From positions 1,876 to 65,875 of the IMG/VR virus record IMGVR_UViG_3300035325_000364: a stretch of DNA of 64,000 nucleotides, one strand, 5' to 3'. The translations under genes were made by a program, and so were the position numbers. The notes under the pieces were generated by a model. The model was not told the origin of the DNA. It ran no database searches and saw nothing but the letters and a program-made list of their open reading frames with translations. The stretch comes from a virus (taxonomy: Duplodnaviria; Caudoviricetes). This document shows positions 54,111 through 63,851 of the stretch, piece after piece; positions within the stretch are counted from its first letter, which is position 1, and each line of letters opens with the position of its first letter.

Positions 54111-55497
54111 ACCTCTCCGCTACCTTCGCTATCAGAGCGTCCATGAGCCCCCGGTGCTTGTTGTGGTGGAACCCGCCGGGATACTCGATATTCAGCTCTT
54201 TTTCCAAGTATTCCTCGTAGTGCTCACGCGAGAGCTGCTTTGGCGTGGCACACGCACAGTAAATAGTGTTGGCTGTGCAGCGCAGCACCTTCACATCCTC
54301 GAAAAACTGTTCCAACAGGGCGGTGTAGCTTTCGCGGGTGTGGAATTTCTGTTTGAATGCGATGCCGTTGGCGATGCTCAGCGCATAATTGTTTTCATCA
54401 AGGCAGTACAGCGCAATACCCTTTCCAATGCTGTTGCTCTTTTGGTCGTAGGAGCGCGTCACCCCTTCGAGATTACGGGTACAGGTAATTAGCGTACCTG
54501 TCGCCTTTAGGGTGGCGTTGCAGAGCGTGAGCACTGCCTTTTCAAACTCGTCATCAACGATGGAGTTAATGACGAACTCCAAGATGCAGTAATCGAATAA
54601 GCCGTTGGCCTTGACTGTCTTTTCCGCATCAAGGATGTTGGCGATAATGCCCTTCATGTCAAGGCTGTTTGAGCCTTTCGCCATAAGGGACGGCTCGTAA
54701 GCGTGAATGTCGTAGCCCTGAGATTTAAGCATCTTCATATACGCCATGCGCCCCGCACCAACATCAATAATGCTGTCGGTCTTTTGGAGGCGAGGAATCA
54801 GGATGTCCTCGTACAGAGAGGACGTGTTCTGTCGCCGCCCGTCTGTGCTCCTGCGCCGGAGCTGGGCCTTGAACTGGTGGTATGTCTTGATGCCGAGGTT
54901 ATCAAAGTTGTACTTGCCATACTCGATGCCGATGCACTCCAAGAACTCTTGAACATCCTCATTCGGAATGGAATACGCCAGCACACCAAAGCCCATCTTT
55001 TTAGCGCAGTAGGCATACTCAGCGTTCAGGATAACAACGCCATCCCCGTCAGTCACCACGCTGCCCCACTCGTTGTACTGCGACAGGAGCCGCGTAATCT
55101 CGGAGCAGATGAGCAGGTTTTTCGGCTCATTCTCCACCCTGATTTTTGCAGAGGGGCAGTAGTGGTACGCCCCGACCTCGTATTCTTCGAGGTGGACCCT
55201 GTTTTGGCTGGTTTCGATGGAGTTGTGCAGAAGGTTGAAATGAATCTCATCCTGCACATTCGGAGTGCTGATGCGGACACAGGGCAGCGTAGGCATCCCG
55301 ATGGCTTCTGCCGCCTTTTTCCGCTGGTGGCCCGCAACAATGACGTTGTTGGAGGCGTTGACAATCAGGGGCTTTACCATGCCAAACCGCTTGATGCTGT
55401 ATTGCAGCTTCTCCAATGCACCCTCCGTAATAACACGGGGGTTGTATGTTGAGCCTGTTACTTCGCTGGTCGGAATGTTTTCAATGAAATCAATCAC
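54103..55497 (-). CDS. ParB/Srx N-terminal domain fused to a class I SAM-dependent methyltransferase (GTG start)
   Basis: YNPR.I...L..SI..FG..KP...IVAGHQR; IIDVGAGR; FDYCILEFVINSI. Confidence 0.8.
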   Translation of the reverse strand: MIDFIENIPTSEVTGSTYNPRVITEGALEKLQYSIKRFGMVKPLIVNASNNVIVAGHQRKKAAEAIGMPTLPCVRISTPNVQDEIHFNLLHNSIETSQNRVHLEEYEVGAYHYCPSAKIRVENEPKNLLICSEITRLLSQYNEWGSVVTDGDGVVILNAEYAYCAKKMGFGVLAYSIPNEDVQEFLECIGIEYGKYNFDNLGIKTYHQFKAQLRRRSTDGRRQNTSSLYEDILIPRLQKTDSIIDVGAGRMAYMKMLKSQGYDIHAYEPSLMAKGSNSLDMKGIIANILDAEKTVKANGLFDYCILEFVINSIVDDEFEKAVLTLCNATLKATGTLITCTRNLEGVTRSYDQKSNSIGKGIALYCLDENNYALSIANGIAFKQKFHTRESYTALLEQFFEDVKVLRCTANTIYCACATPKQLSREHYEEYLEKELNIEYPGGFHHNKHRGLMDALIAKVAERYD

Positions 55498-56365
55498 GGT
55501 TCTCAACTCCTTCCAGCAGATATGCGGCAAAACTCTTGCTCCCGATTGCGCCGCTGTCAATGAACTCGGCATACTTGGCGTTCAGCCGGTCGAGCTCTAC
55601 TTGCGAGATAAAGAACTGCACCTCGCCGAAGCGGAACTGAATGAGCGCCGGAGCTCTGCCGGTCGTTCTCGGAGGTTCGGGTGCGGCAGGGGCGTGAGCC
55701 TCTGTGCCACCCTCTGCCCTCAGTATAGGGGTTGCGGCAGGACTGCCACTTGCGGGAGCCTCCCTGTTATCAGCGGGGTTATCGAAGCGGGGAGGGGTGT
55801 TGTCGGCGACGGGCGCAGCGGCCTCGTCCTCGTCAGAACCATCCTCGTCCTCATAACTGTCGTTGACCTCGCTCTCAGGCGGGTGAACCGTGCTAACCGG
55901 TGGCTTCTTGGGCCGCTCTCCTTCGCCCATGAAGTTGAAGGTGGGAATGCGGATTTCGGCCTGTTCTGGCTCAATGTCAAAGACCTCCGCAGAAAGCTCA
56001 AAGCGTTCGAGCAGAAGCTGGTTCTTTTCCAGCGTCAAATCGACACACGCCAACTCATCTTTCAGCTTCTCGAAATCCCAATCGCTGTACTCGCTGGTCT
56101 TATTATCAACCAAGCGGAACAGGTTGATTTGTTCCTCCGTCAACTCATCTGCGATGATGCAGGGGATGGTCTGGATTCCAAGCTCACGACAAGCACGAAC
56201 ACGGGTGTGTCCTGCCACGATGACGTAGTTTACGTCGATGACAACAGGGAACAGGAACCCGAACCGCTGAATGCTGTACTTGACCTTCTCAACAGCAAGG
56301 TCATTGTTGCGCGGATTGTTTTCGTACTCTCTCAGCCGCGCTGTCGAAACTTCTCTGAGATTCAT
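55490..56365 (-). CDS. ParB/Srx N-terminal domain protein with acidic linker
   Basis: YENNPR.ND.AV..V..SI..FGF..P...IVAGHTR, DNKTSE. Confidence 0.85.
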   Translation of the reverse strand: MNLREVSTARLREYENNPRNNDLAVEKVKYSIQRFGFLFPVVIDVNYVIVAGHTRVRACRELGIQTIPCIIADELTEEQINLFRLVDNKTSEYSDWDFEKLKDELACVDLTLEKNQLLLERFELSAEVFDIEPEQAEIRIPTFNFMGEGERPKKPPVSTVHPPESEVNDSYEDEDGSDEDEAAAPVADNTPPRFDNPADNREAPASGSPAATPILRAEGGTEAHAPAAPEPPRTTGRAPALIQFRFGEVQFFISQVELDRLNAKYAEFIDSGAIGSKSFAAYLLEGVENRD

Positions 56366-56889
56366 TCTGCGTCACCTCCTGTCAACCACATCACAAAGCC
56401 GATGTAGGTCTTGTGTTTTTCGATGTACGCGTCGTAGACCGCTTTGAGCCGACTAAATTCGTCCTCTGTAATCGGCATTTGGTTACTGCCGAAGATGAGG
56501 AATTTATTCTCCTTGAAGAATTTCTGGTCTTGGCTGGGGGTAAAGAATGTGGTCTTGAAACCGAGGTTGATGCCCGACAGCTCTTTATGGAGCTTGCCAA
56601 CGTCCCACGTTGCGTACTCATGGCTCTTGTTGTCCACGATACGAGCAAGTTTCGCATCCTCATCTGACAGGTCAGTAACGACGCAGGGAACTTCCTCCAT
56701 CCCTAACTGTATTGCGGCTTTCAGTCGCGTGTGACCGGAGATGATGACGTTGTTGGCATCAATCGTAATCGGGTTTAGGAATCCGAATTGCTTGATACTG
56801 TCAGCAACCTTCGCTACCGCAGCGTCATTCCGGCGAGCGTTGTTCTCGTACATAACGAGCTCGTCAACGCGTTTGTTAATGACTTGCAT
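56362..56889 (-). CDS. ParB/Srx N-terminal domain protein
   Basis: YENNARRND, IISGHTRLKAA, DNKSHE. Confidence 0.85.
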   Translation of the reverse strand: MQVINKRVDELVMYENNARRNDAAVAKVADSIKQFGFLNPITIDANNVIISGHTRLKAAIQLGMEEVPCVVTDLSDEDAKLARIVDNKSHEYATWDVGKLHKELSGINLGFKTTFFTPSQDQKFFKENKFLIFGSNQMPITEDEFSRLKAVYDAYIEKHKTYIGFVMWLTGGDAE

Positions 56890-56917
56890 TTTCTTGTCCT
56901 CCTTGTGATGTGCATAG

Positions 56918-56956
56918 AAAAAGAGAGCCAGTCAACTGACCGGCTCTCACTTTTCT
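56918..56956. terminator. terminator-like hairpin after the MetK-like gene
   Basis: GAGAGCC.GTCA/TGAC.GGCTCTC flanked by A and T tracts. Confidence 0.6.
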
Positions 56957-56970
56957 CCGGTATTGAGTTT

Positions 56971-57774
56971 TTAGAACAGCCCCCACTCAGCAAACTTCTC
57001 AAAGCCGCCGATGGACTGAATGTAGCCTCTTGCCTGTTCTACGATGTCGGCATACGGAATGCCGTTGATTTCCTCATCGCCAATGGCACAGCACAACTCG
57101 ACAGGCTTGCCTGTCTCCTGCGCTTTGAGGAAAGTGTAAATGTTCAGGGACACGTCAGCTTTCGAGAGGTCCTTGCCGTGCAGTCCGCCGCCCGTCACGG
57201 AATCAGCCATGTCTGAACCAAGTTTCCGATTGGTGGCCCCCGTATCTACATCCGTACCGCCGCTCCAATCGCCGAGAGGATTCACTATGGTGTGGTACTC
57301 TGGGTATGACCGCGCCAACTCTGCGCTGTTTGCGTTGCTCTGGCAGATGATAAGGCGCTCACCATTCAGAATGTATTTGCCATCCGAAGGGAACTGCCCG
57401 TAGATTTCACGGGCGATGCTGGACAGCTCTTTCTGTTCATCGGTGAGCGGCACACCTCGGAAGATGCCGTTGTCCCCGCATCGGAACCCTCCGCTTTGAT
57501 TTTCGGTGAGGTGCGGGTCCTGCGGATAGATGCTCAACATCACCTGCACAAATGGCCCCGCAATACGGCGAGCCGCACGGTGGATGGTTTCAAGAATCTC
57601 ATTCCGCAGCAGATTCGCGGAGGTCTCCACGATGATGTGGCAGCAGCCGTGTCCGATAAGGACTTCGACCGCGATGGTCGGGTCATCCTCGACCTTGTAC
57701 GCTATATCCACAATCGCTCCGGCAATCCGGTCAGCGATTTTATCAGGATGGGCGGGGTTTACTTTCTCAATCAT
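56971..57774 (-). CDS. metK: short phage-type S-adenosylmethionine synthetase
   Basis: HPDKIADRIAGAIVD, GDNGI, DTGATNRK, GGGLHGKDLSKAD; only 267 aa. Confidence 0.85.
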   Translation of the reverse strand: MIEKVNPAHPDKIADRIAGAIVDIAYKVEDDPTIAVEVLIGHGCCHIIVETSANLLRNEILETIHRAARRIAGPFVQVMLSIYPQDPHLTENQSGGFRCGDNGIFRGVPLTDEQKELSSIAREIYGQFPSDGKYILNGERLIICQSNANSAELARSYPEYHTIVNPLGDWSGGTDVDTGATNRKLGSDMADSVTGGGLHGKDLSKADVSLNIYTFLKAQETGKPVELCCAIGDEEINGIPYADIVEQARGYIQSIGGFEKFAEWGLF

Positions 57775-57778
57775 ATAA

Positions 57779-58615
57779 TCAATTCCTCTGCTTTATTTTT
57801 TCGGTTCCCTTTAACGGAGGCCCCAACACGTCACAGTCAGGGTCAACATCTGGGTGTACAATGCCGTAATGGGTTGCATAGCAATACGCGCACCCGTGAC
57901 TGCAAGTGCTGTATGCGCCGATGTCAACGCTCTCGACGCATTGGCACAGCCCGCGCTGATTGCGGTCTTTGGGTTTTACAACCCCGAACCGTCTGCCGTC
58001 AACGCAGCAGGAGTGGGGGATGCCAACATCTTCGGCGCAGGACTGTAACTCCATGCCGTGCGCTGCTGCGATTTCTGCCAGCTGCTGGGCTAACTCCCTC
58101 TGCTGCTCAGGTGTGAGTGGCCGAATATTCAGTGGGTCCAGATTCACGGTGCGGTAGTAATCAACAAAGCTCATAACCGCCGTATTGGTGTAACCTTCAA
58201 GAGCCTCTGCTATTTTGGTAAACGCTTGGACGTGATAATCCCAAGTGTAGTGCTCGTTAATAAAAATCGGGTCATAACGCCAGATGGCTTTATTGGACCC
58301 GATTTTCTTGAACGCCGGTATTACGACTGTCTCTTTGTCCGGCAGATTCCGCTCTACATCTCGCCCATAGCCCGTAATCGTGTACTGGAAATAGTATTTG
58401 AACTGGCTCAGCTCGCCGATACGCGGCAGAAAAGGCGCGGCGTTCTTCGTCCAAAAGACGATTCCCTCAACACGGTCGGGCGTGAGTTCAACACGCCCGA
58501 CCTGCTGCGGGTTATATGGGTTTCTAATGAGGACAAATCCTTTACCCATGCGGTTGTAGAACCACTCTGGGAAAAAGGCGGGGATGTCCGTCCTTCTGCT
58601 TGCACTCACAATCAT
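57779..58615 (-). CDS. DUF1848 family (SplB-like) protein
   Basis: MIVSASRRTDIPAF, FWTKN, WRYDPI; C-terminal CSHGCAYCYA (CxxxCxxC). Confidence 0.88.
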   Translation of the reverse strand: MIVSASRRTDIPAFFPEWFYNRMGKGFVLIRNPYNPQQVGRVELTPDRVEGIVFWTKNAAPFLPRIGELSQFKYYFQYTITGYGRDVERNLPDKETVVIPAFKKIGSNKAIWRYDPIFINEHYTWDYHVQAFTKIAEALEGYTNTAVMSFVDYYRTVNLDPLNIRPLTPEQQRELAQQLAEIAAAHGMELQSCAEDVGIPHSCCVDGRRFGVVKPKDRNQRGLCQCVESVDIGAYSTCSHGCAYCYATHYGIVHPDVDPDCDVLGPPLKGTEKIKQRN

Positions 58616-59082
58616 AGCGGCATACCGTCCTTGATATAATTTGCAAATATCCAGTTACGGCAGGTGCGCTGCTTGCGCGTGTAATTTCCCGGAGGGTTGG
58701 GGTTATAGCCCCAGAAGTTGATGCGGCGAGCATTGGTAATATCCAGCTTTATGCGGTCATTCTCGATATGGATTTCGGAATCTGAATCAGGAACGAACGC
58801 AACGTGCGTGTTGAGTTTCCAAACGTAGCCGTCGCTCAGCCCGCACAGGTAATACGCCTTTGCGAGTGGGCTCTGCCTCACGAACAGGTCAATAACCCCT
58901 TCGGATTTACCGTGGGTCGCGTCCCAGAAATTTGGGTCATACTGACCGATGAAGCATTTGGCGCAGCACTTGGAAATGTCAACATCGCGGATGTCTTTAA
59001 GCCAGAACAGCTCACACCGCTTCTTGAGTTCGAGCCGAAGGTGCATCGGCGCGTGTTTTGATACAATATCGGACACTAACAT
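58612..59082 (-). CDS. hypothetical protein, paralog of 6019-6600
   Basis: shared Cys motifs and QRTCRNWIFANY. Confidence 0.7.
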   Translation of the reverse strand: MLVSDIVSKHAPMHLRLELKKRCELFWLKDIRDVDISKCCAKCFIGQYDPNFWDATHGKSEGVIDLFVRQSPLAKAYYLCGLSDGYVWKLNTHVAFVPDSDSEIHIENDRIKLDITNARRINFWGYNPNPPGNYTRKQRTCRNWIFANYIKDGMPL

Positions 59083-59105
59083 TTTAACTCCTCCTTAGTG
59101 ACAAG

Positions 59106-59513
59106 TCAATGACACGTTTGTGACATGAGGGCGAACTCCCGAATGTCTGGGTTGACCGACTGGAAATATTGCCCCAGCGAATACAGGATGGTCTCACAGG
59201 AATTGGGCAGCGCCGGATTAAACTCGATACCGGTCTCGGTCATCGCATTCTTCACAGCTACTAACTCCTGATTCTTACCACTTACGCGAGTACGTGCAGT
59301 TTTCATCCTCTCGCCGTGGTCGGTGAAGCTCTCGAATAGCGCATGAGACAGAGGATTGCCTGCGCTCAACGAGTTGCCGACACTGAGCCTACCGAGTGTG
59401 ATTACGTACCCCTCCTTCGTGGTTCCTACCAACGTGTATTCACGAACGCCGGTGACATACAACGGGAGGCTGTTCACTCCTGCGTACTGTTCCGGTGTAA
59501 AGCTCTTAATCAT
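59106..59513 (-). CDS. hypothetical protein, first gene after operator-promoter
   Basis: AAGGAG RBS. Confidence 0.6.
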   Translation of the reverse strand: MIKSFTPEQYAGVNSLPLYVTGVREYTLVGTTKEGYVITLGRLSVGNSLSAGNPLSHALFESFTDHGERMKTARTRVSGKNQELVAVKNAMTETGIEFNPALPNSCETILYSLGQYFQSVNPDIREFALMSQTCH

Positions 59514-59544
59514 TTCGCTTCTCCTTTCTTTGGATTATAGTTCT

Positions 59545-59573
59545 ATTATACACCTATATATGTGTTTTGTCAA
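59545..59573 (-). promoter_or_regulatory. sigmaA promoter with operator (one mismatch, 59550-59565)
   Basis: TTGACA-17-TATAAT; ACACCTATATATGTGT. Confidence 0.82.
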
Positions 59574-59615
59574 GAGATTTTCCGAAAAATTTTCAAGAAA
59601 AGTCACTACAAGTCG

Positions 59616-60293
59616 TTAAACTTCCGCAGCTATCCGCTTCTGCATCTGAAACTCCTGACCACTTTTGAAGCCTTTCGCAAACTCGTTTCCGAATATGCTG
59701 TCCTGCGAACGGGAGCGAAACGCCGTCGGTTTCCCCAAAGCGTCTGCGGCATCCTGAACCTCCCTCGGAGTAACAAGGACAAGCCCCCACTCCTGCTCCT
59801 TTTCTGCTGTTTGCTTCTCAAACGCGGCTTGCAGACCGATGGCAAACCCATACCCAAAGCTATCACATCTGCTTTTAACGTGGTTTGCGTCATAAGAGGC
59901 GTACTGCTTTTTGATGCGCTTAACTTCCGAACGAACGCAGTCCACCGCATACTTGAAGATGTCTACGCACAGGGTTACGTCATCCTCAAAGCCGATGAAT
60001 CCGACCTCCTGCGTCTGACATCTGGTTTGATGGGTACGAAATCCCTTGCAACAGTAGTTATTTCCGATGGTTGCCGAGAGCGGTATACACCACGGGTCAC
60101 GCCTCTTTGAACAAGTGATACCTGTATAGAGCCTCACGACCTTCTGCGGCTCCGTCTCCCTACACTCTCGCTCTGTGAGCTTGTACTTTGCCATCAGCTC
60201 ACGAGCCTTTAACAGTGCGGCTTGTGCCTCTGCTTCAACAGGACTTTCTGCAAGTGCGAGCAGATGCCGAATCTTCTCTTTGTAATCAGCCAT
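59616..60293 (-). CDS. DUF2786 domain protein
   Basis: KIRHLLALAES..EAEA.AALLKARELMAKY. Confidence 0.8.
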   Translation of the reverse strand: MADYKEKIRHLLALAESPVEAEAQAALLKARELMAKYKLTERECRETEPQKVVRLYTGITCSKRRDPWCIPLSATIGNNYCCKGFRTHQTRCQTQEVGFIGFEDDVTLCVDIFKYAVDCVRSEVKRIKKQYASYDANHVKSRCDSFGYGFAIGLQAAFEKQTAEKEQEWGLVLVTPREVQDAADALGKPTAFRSRSQDSIFGNEFAKGFKSGQEFQMQKRIAAEV

Positions 60294-60385
60294 GACGTTT
60301 GCCACCTTTCTTTTTGTGAGGTTTGCTTTTGGGGACATATCGAGGCGCAGGTCTCTTTTTTAAGAGCTGCACCAGCTCTTTGATT

Positions 60386-61024
60386 TCAGCTTTGCTCTTT
60401 TTGCCCACAGTCTACACCTCCCATTTTGGCCCCGCAGTTCGGGCAGTAGTTTGAACCGGCGAACGCGAGCGGACTGATTCTGGTATCGCACGGCAAGTTG
60501 TCATTTTTAGTCTTGCACACGCTGCATTCCCACGCTCCAAGCGCCCAATCCGTACCGTTGGGATTCCACACCCACTTGGCGCTGTATTCAGTCAGAGACG
60601 CTATTCTCTTAATTGCGTCTGCCGGAGTGTGTCCGTCCCAGCGCGGGGCATTTTCCAGCTCTTTTACCTGAAACAAATCCCAATACGGGTCGATGTCGTA
60701 GTGGTAAGTAGCTGGACCGGCTGGTGTGTTGATTCCAACGATGAACATGCCCTCGTACATATCGCCGTCGAAATGGCGCTTTGACTTCCACGCCAGCCGT
60801 GGGAACCTTGCGCACACCACGCTGAACAGCACCGCCCGGTGGTGGTATAGCTCGTTGAATGTGTGATAACCGTCCGAGGTATTGCCGTTGATGATTTCGC
60901 TTTTGGCGATTCGGTCTAAGATAATCTCCCACACCTGGGTAGAGACATGAACCACGTAATCCAGTATGACAGCCCCTTCACGGAGCTTCTTCGCAAAGGT
61001 CTTGTTATCCATGTTATTGAGCAT
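60386..61024 (-). CDS. WDGH-motif phage protein with C-terminal zinc ribbon
   Basis: SDGYHTFNELY.HR, AWKS..H.DG, TYHY, WDGHT; CSVC/CPNC. Confidence 0.7.
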   Translation of the reverse strand: MLNNMDNKTFAKKLREGAVILDYVVHVSTQVWEIILDRIAKSEIINGNTSDGYHTFNELYHHRAVLFSVVCARFPRLAWKSKRHFDGDMYEGMFIVGINTPAGPATYHYDIDPYWDLFQVKELENAPRWDGHTPADAIKRIASLTEYSAKWVWNPNGTDWALGAWECSVCKTKNDNLPCDTRISPLAFAGSNYCPNCGAKMGGVDCGQKEQS

Positions 61025-61400
61025 TTAGCCTTCCTCCTTATCCATCTTCGCCCCGCAGTAGGGGCAAAATTTTATCTGCGGACGTTCATCGGGGTTGTCG
61101 AAGTCATCAGGCAGAGTAGTCTGACACGCTGAACATTCCCAGCCCCAATCATAGTCATAGCCAGTCAGGGGATTACCGTTCTGTTTCTCGTACCATGTCC
61201 ATCGCCCACGCCGCATTGGTGAGGCTTCAATCGTAGTAGCATCAGCAATAAGCCGTTTTAGCTGGGTTCTTTCGGTGAGTTGTGCGCTGTATCGTGCATA
61301 CGCCGGACTACTGCTTGGGGTATCTATAACTCGGTTTCGGGCCAATTCCTCCAACTTTGAAAGCTCGTTGTACAATGGTACTTTATCAATCAATTCCATC
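61025..61400 (-). CDS. zinc-ribbon phage protein (start probably MELIDK)
   Basis: GRW...CSAC...FCPYCGAKMD. Confidence 0.6.
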
Positions 61401-61841
61401 TCATTTTCCTCCATCGGTGGCGCTGCCAGTCTCGTCCATCTTCGCCCCGCAGTAGGGGCAGTAATCGTATTCCTGATAGCCGTTCCCATAAAACCACGGC
61501 TGCGGCGTTTTGCAGACGGAACAGTAGTTTTCACCGTCGCCGAGGGCAAACTTGACCCACCTCCCATGCTGCACGGAGCGGTTTAGTCTTTTTATCTCCC
61601 TGTCTTTTCGTGCCAGCTCAGTCAGCAGGGCAGGTTCAGGCGTGGTCTGCCGCATCTCTGGCGGCAGAACCCTTGCCTCAAACCGAAACTTCCGCGCATC
61701 GTCCCCGATTTTTTGGAACAGGCGGGACACTGCCAGCATCGGTGTGTCCTCACAAATGCCGAACTGCCAGCACTTTCTTATGGCGTTCCAGATTCCATAT
61801 TGCTCGCCACGAACGCCAAACATATAAGTTTCTCGTTTCAT
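61401..61841 (-). CDS. zinc-ribbon phage protein
   Basis: HGRW...CSVC...YCPYCGAKMD. Confidence 0.6.
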   Translation of the reverse strand: MKRETYMFGVRGEQYGIWNAIRKCWQFGICEDTPMLAVSRLFQKIGDDARKFRFEARVLPPEMRQTTPEPALLTELARKDREIKRLNRSVQHGRWVKFALGDGENYCSVCKTPQPWFYGNGYQEYDYCPYCGAKMDETGSATDGGK

Positions 61842-62184
61842 CTGAACCGGCTCCTTTCAGATACAACCGCCGCAGCACCCCCCAAGGCACTGAGCTGTTG
61901 AGCACTTCATCTATTTCTGTGGCGTAGCTTTTGAATTTGTCAGGCAACACTGAAACATCGATACTCCACGGTGCGTCACTGACGTGTGCATCCATGTAGT
62001 CGTTTGTGAACCAGCATTCACCGCCTGACTTCCAAAATGGCTCGTGCCGTCCCTTTCCGTACCCAAACTCATGAAGCTCTCCGTCAATTTTCAGCGTGAG
62101 AACCCCACTGCACAGGTTCGGGTATTTACCGGTGTACGATACGAACTCGATGTGCTGTGGAGCTGTGCCATTAACTAAAGCCAT
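61750..62184 (-). CDS. hypothetical protein
   Basis: GGAGG RBS; YTGKYPNLCSG.L. Confidence 0.55.
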   Translation of the reverse strand: MALVNGTAPQHIEFVSYTGKYPNLCSGVLTLKIDGELHEFGYGKGRHEPFWKSGGECWFTNDYMDAHVSDAPWSIDVSVLPDKFKSYATEIDEVLNSSVPWGVLRRLYLKGAGSDETRNLYVWRSWRAIWNLERHKKVLAVRHL

Positions 62185-62401
62185 CTCAATCCCTCCTTAA
62201 ATTTCATAGACCTGCGGGTCGTCTGTAGGGTCAATTCGCTTGACATGAACGCTGTCCAAACCAAAAACCTCGACTGCTTTTTCAGTCGCTTCTTCAAGGT
62301 TGTCGGCGAGGATAATTAGTGTCCTGCCACCCTCGTATTTCCGATGCGCCCTGAACAGGTGCTTGGCGATGGTGCGGTATGCCGTATCTCTTTCCATCAT
62401 A

Positions 62402-62785
62402 TCAATCCCTCCTGTTCGCAACGCGGCGCACGATACGCGCCGCCTGTTTAAGAGCTTTGGCTTGAACATCCAGCCATGTTTCGCCACCACCGGGCCCATA
62501 GGCTCCGTCGTGGAGTTTCCTTTGACGGCTCGGTGAGTACAGTCGCTCACAGATGTCGCCATCAAAGACGAGAGCGCACCCGCCGTAACTGTACTGGCTC
62601 CAATCACAAGCGCCGTTCAGCATTTCGACCTCGGTGATATTTTCGCCAAGCTCCGCGTCATCGGCTAAATGCCGATGCTCTACGACCTCTGCAAACAATT
62701 CCTCCGCATACTCGCGGCAGCCCTTGTCCCATGCGGACCGTGCTGCCCGCTCTGAAATGGCCTTCTTTATCTAAGCAATAAGCAT
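62402..62785 (-). pseudogene. hypothetical gene with in-frame TAG at codon 5
   Basis: GGGAGG RBS, then ATG CTT ATT GCT TAG ATA AAG... continuing in frame into the 62402-62698 ORF. Confidence 0.5.
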
Positions 62786-62967
62786 AAACGCCAGCCTCCC
62801 TCTTTACTGCAAGGTGTTCCCTTGCGTAGTCCAGCAGACAATCCTCGTGGATTGTGTCGCCGTCAATGTCGTAAACTTCCTCACCTTCGTAAATCTCGCC
62901 GCCGCACTGGTCGCAGTAGCCCACGACCACATCCTCTGGCGGTTCAAGCGAGCGTTCCGGTATGTAA

Positions 62968-63585
62968 TCAAACATCGTCTTTGTCTCCTTCCACGCGAGC
63001 GGACCAGCGAGCAGATTTCGCCCGGATAAATCGCTCAACCTCTGCTTTGTCAATTCCTACAGTTATGGCACACAGCAGCACGTCTGTAAGTTCTTCCTGC
63101 AAATGAAGTACCGCGCTTTCTTCGGTGACGGGTGTGGGGTTCCTGCCATCCAGCACACGCCGGAGTTTCAGTGCCGCCTGAGATAGCTCAGACGCTTCTT
63201 CTGCAAGCTGGGCCAGCAATTCGGCTCGACCCAGCTTATCAGCAATTCGGTTCAGTTCTGGTCGCCAATCGGCGATGGCCTTCTCAACGGCTCCGCAGCC
63301 AGTTTGGTTGCTTCTTTCTGCCAGCCTCATAAGTTCCTCAATTTCATCCAGTGGCATTGACACACTGAACCAGTCGTAATCCTCGCCATCTTTTGTGGGT
63401 GAGAACATGACATCAGCGTTTCGTGCCTCTGGGTAGGCCGTTGGAAACTCCACGCTGATTTCCATTGATTCAGCCTCTGGATATTTCCCACCAAGCATAT
63501 CAGCTGGCGCAATGAAATACAGTGTTGTGGTATTTGCTTCGGGACACTCGGATGATTCCTCAAAGTAAATCCTGCGGTCAATCAT
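62968..63585 (-). CDS. protein with C-terminal MazG-like NTP pyrophosphohydrolase domain
   Basis: LAQLAEEASEL.QAALK....LQEELTDV EExxE...EExxD pattern. Confidence 0.6.
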   Translation of the reverse strand: MIDRRIYFEESSECPEANTTTLYFIAPADMLGGKYPEAESMEISVEFPTAYPEARNADVMFSPTKDGEDYDWFSVSMPLDEIEELMRLAERSNQTGCGAVEKAIADWRPELNRIADKLGRAELLAQLAEEASELSQAALKLRRVLDGRNPTPVTEESAVLHLQEELTDVLLCAITVGIDKAEVERFIRAKSARWSARVEGDKDDV

Positions 63586-63851
63586 AAGTCAGCCCTCCTT
63601 TCGCTTTCTTTTTCAACAGAAACCCAGATTCGATTAGGCCGAATCGCAAGGCCCCATTTGCGTACCGCCGCGCTGTGGATTTCTGGCCTCATACACATCT
63701 CGTGATACCCATAGGGGCTGAAATATAGCGTTTTCTGTTTGCCCCCATCGTTTTGAACAATAACGATAGCTTGAAATTTTGAATCTAAGCCGAAATAGCT
63801 TTCCAGCAATTCGTGGACAGTCATTTGTTTACCTCCTTGATTGGGCACCAT
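63582..63851 (-). CDS. hypothetical protein
   Basis: GGAGG RBS before MTVHEL. Confidence 0.5.
   Translation of the reverse strand: MVPNQGGKQMTVHELLESYFGLDSKFQAIVIVQNDGGKQKTLYFSPYGYHEMCMRPEIHSAAVRKWGLAIRPNRIWVSVEKESERRADL

Noticed and set aside
5660-56700. Other CTGATGA matches as additional hammerheads
   Set aside because: Those examined lie inside coding regions (ADE/PDD-type codons) without flanking GAAA/GUC stems.
62771-62773. Amber stop-codon reassignment
   Set aside because: Only one internal TAG was noticed, and TAG terminates several normal genes (e.g. 11062, 14860, 37094).
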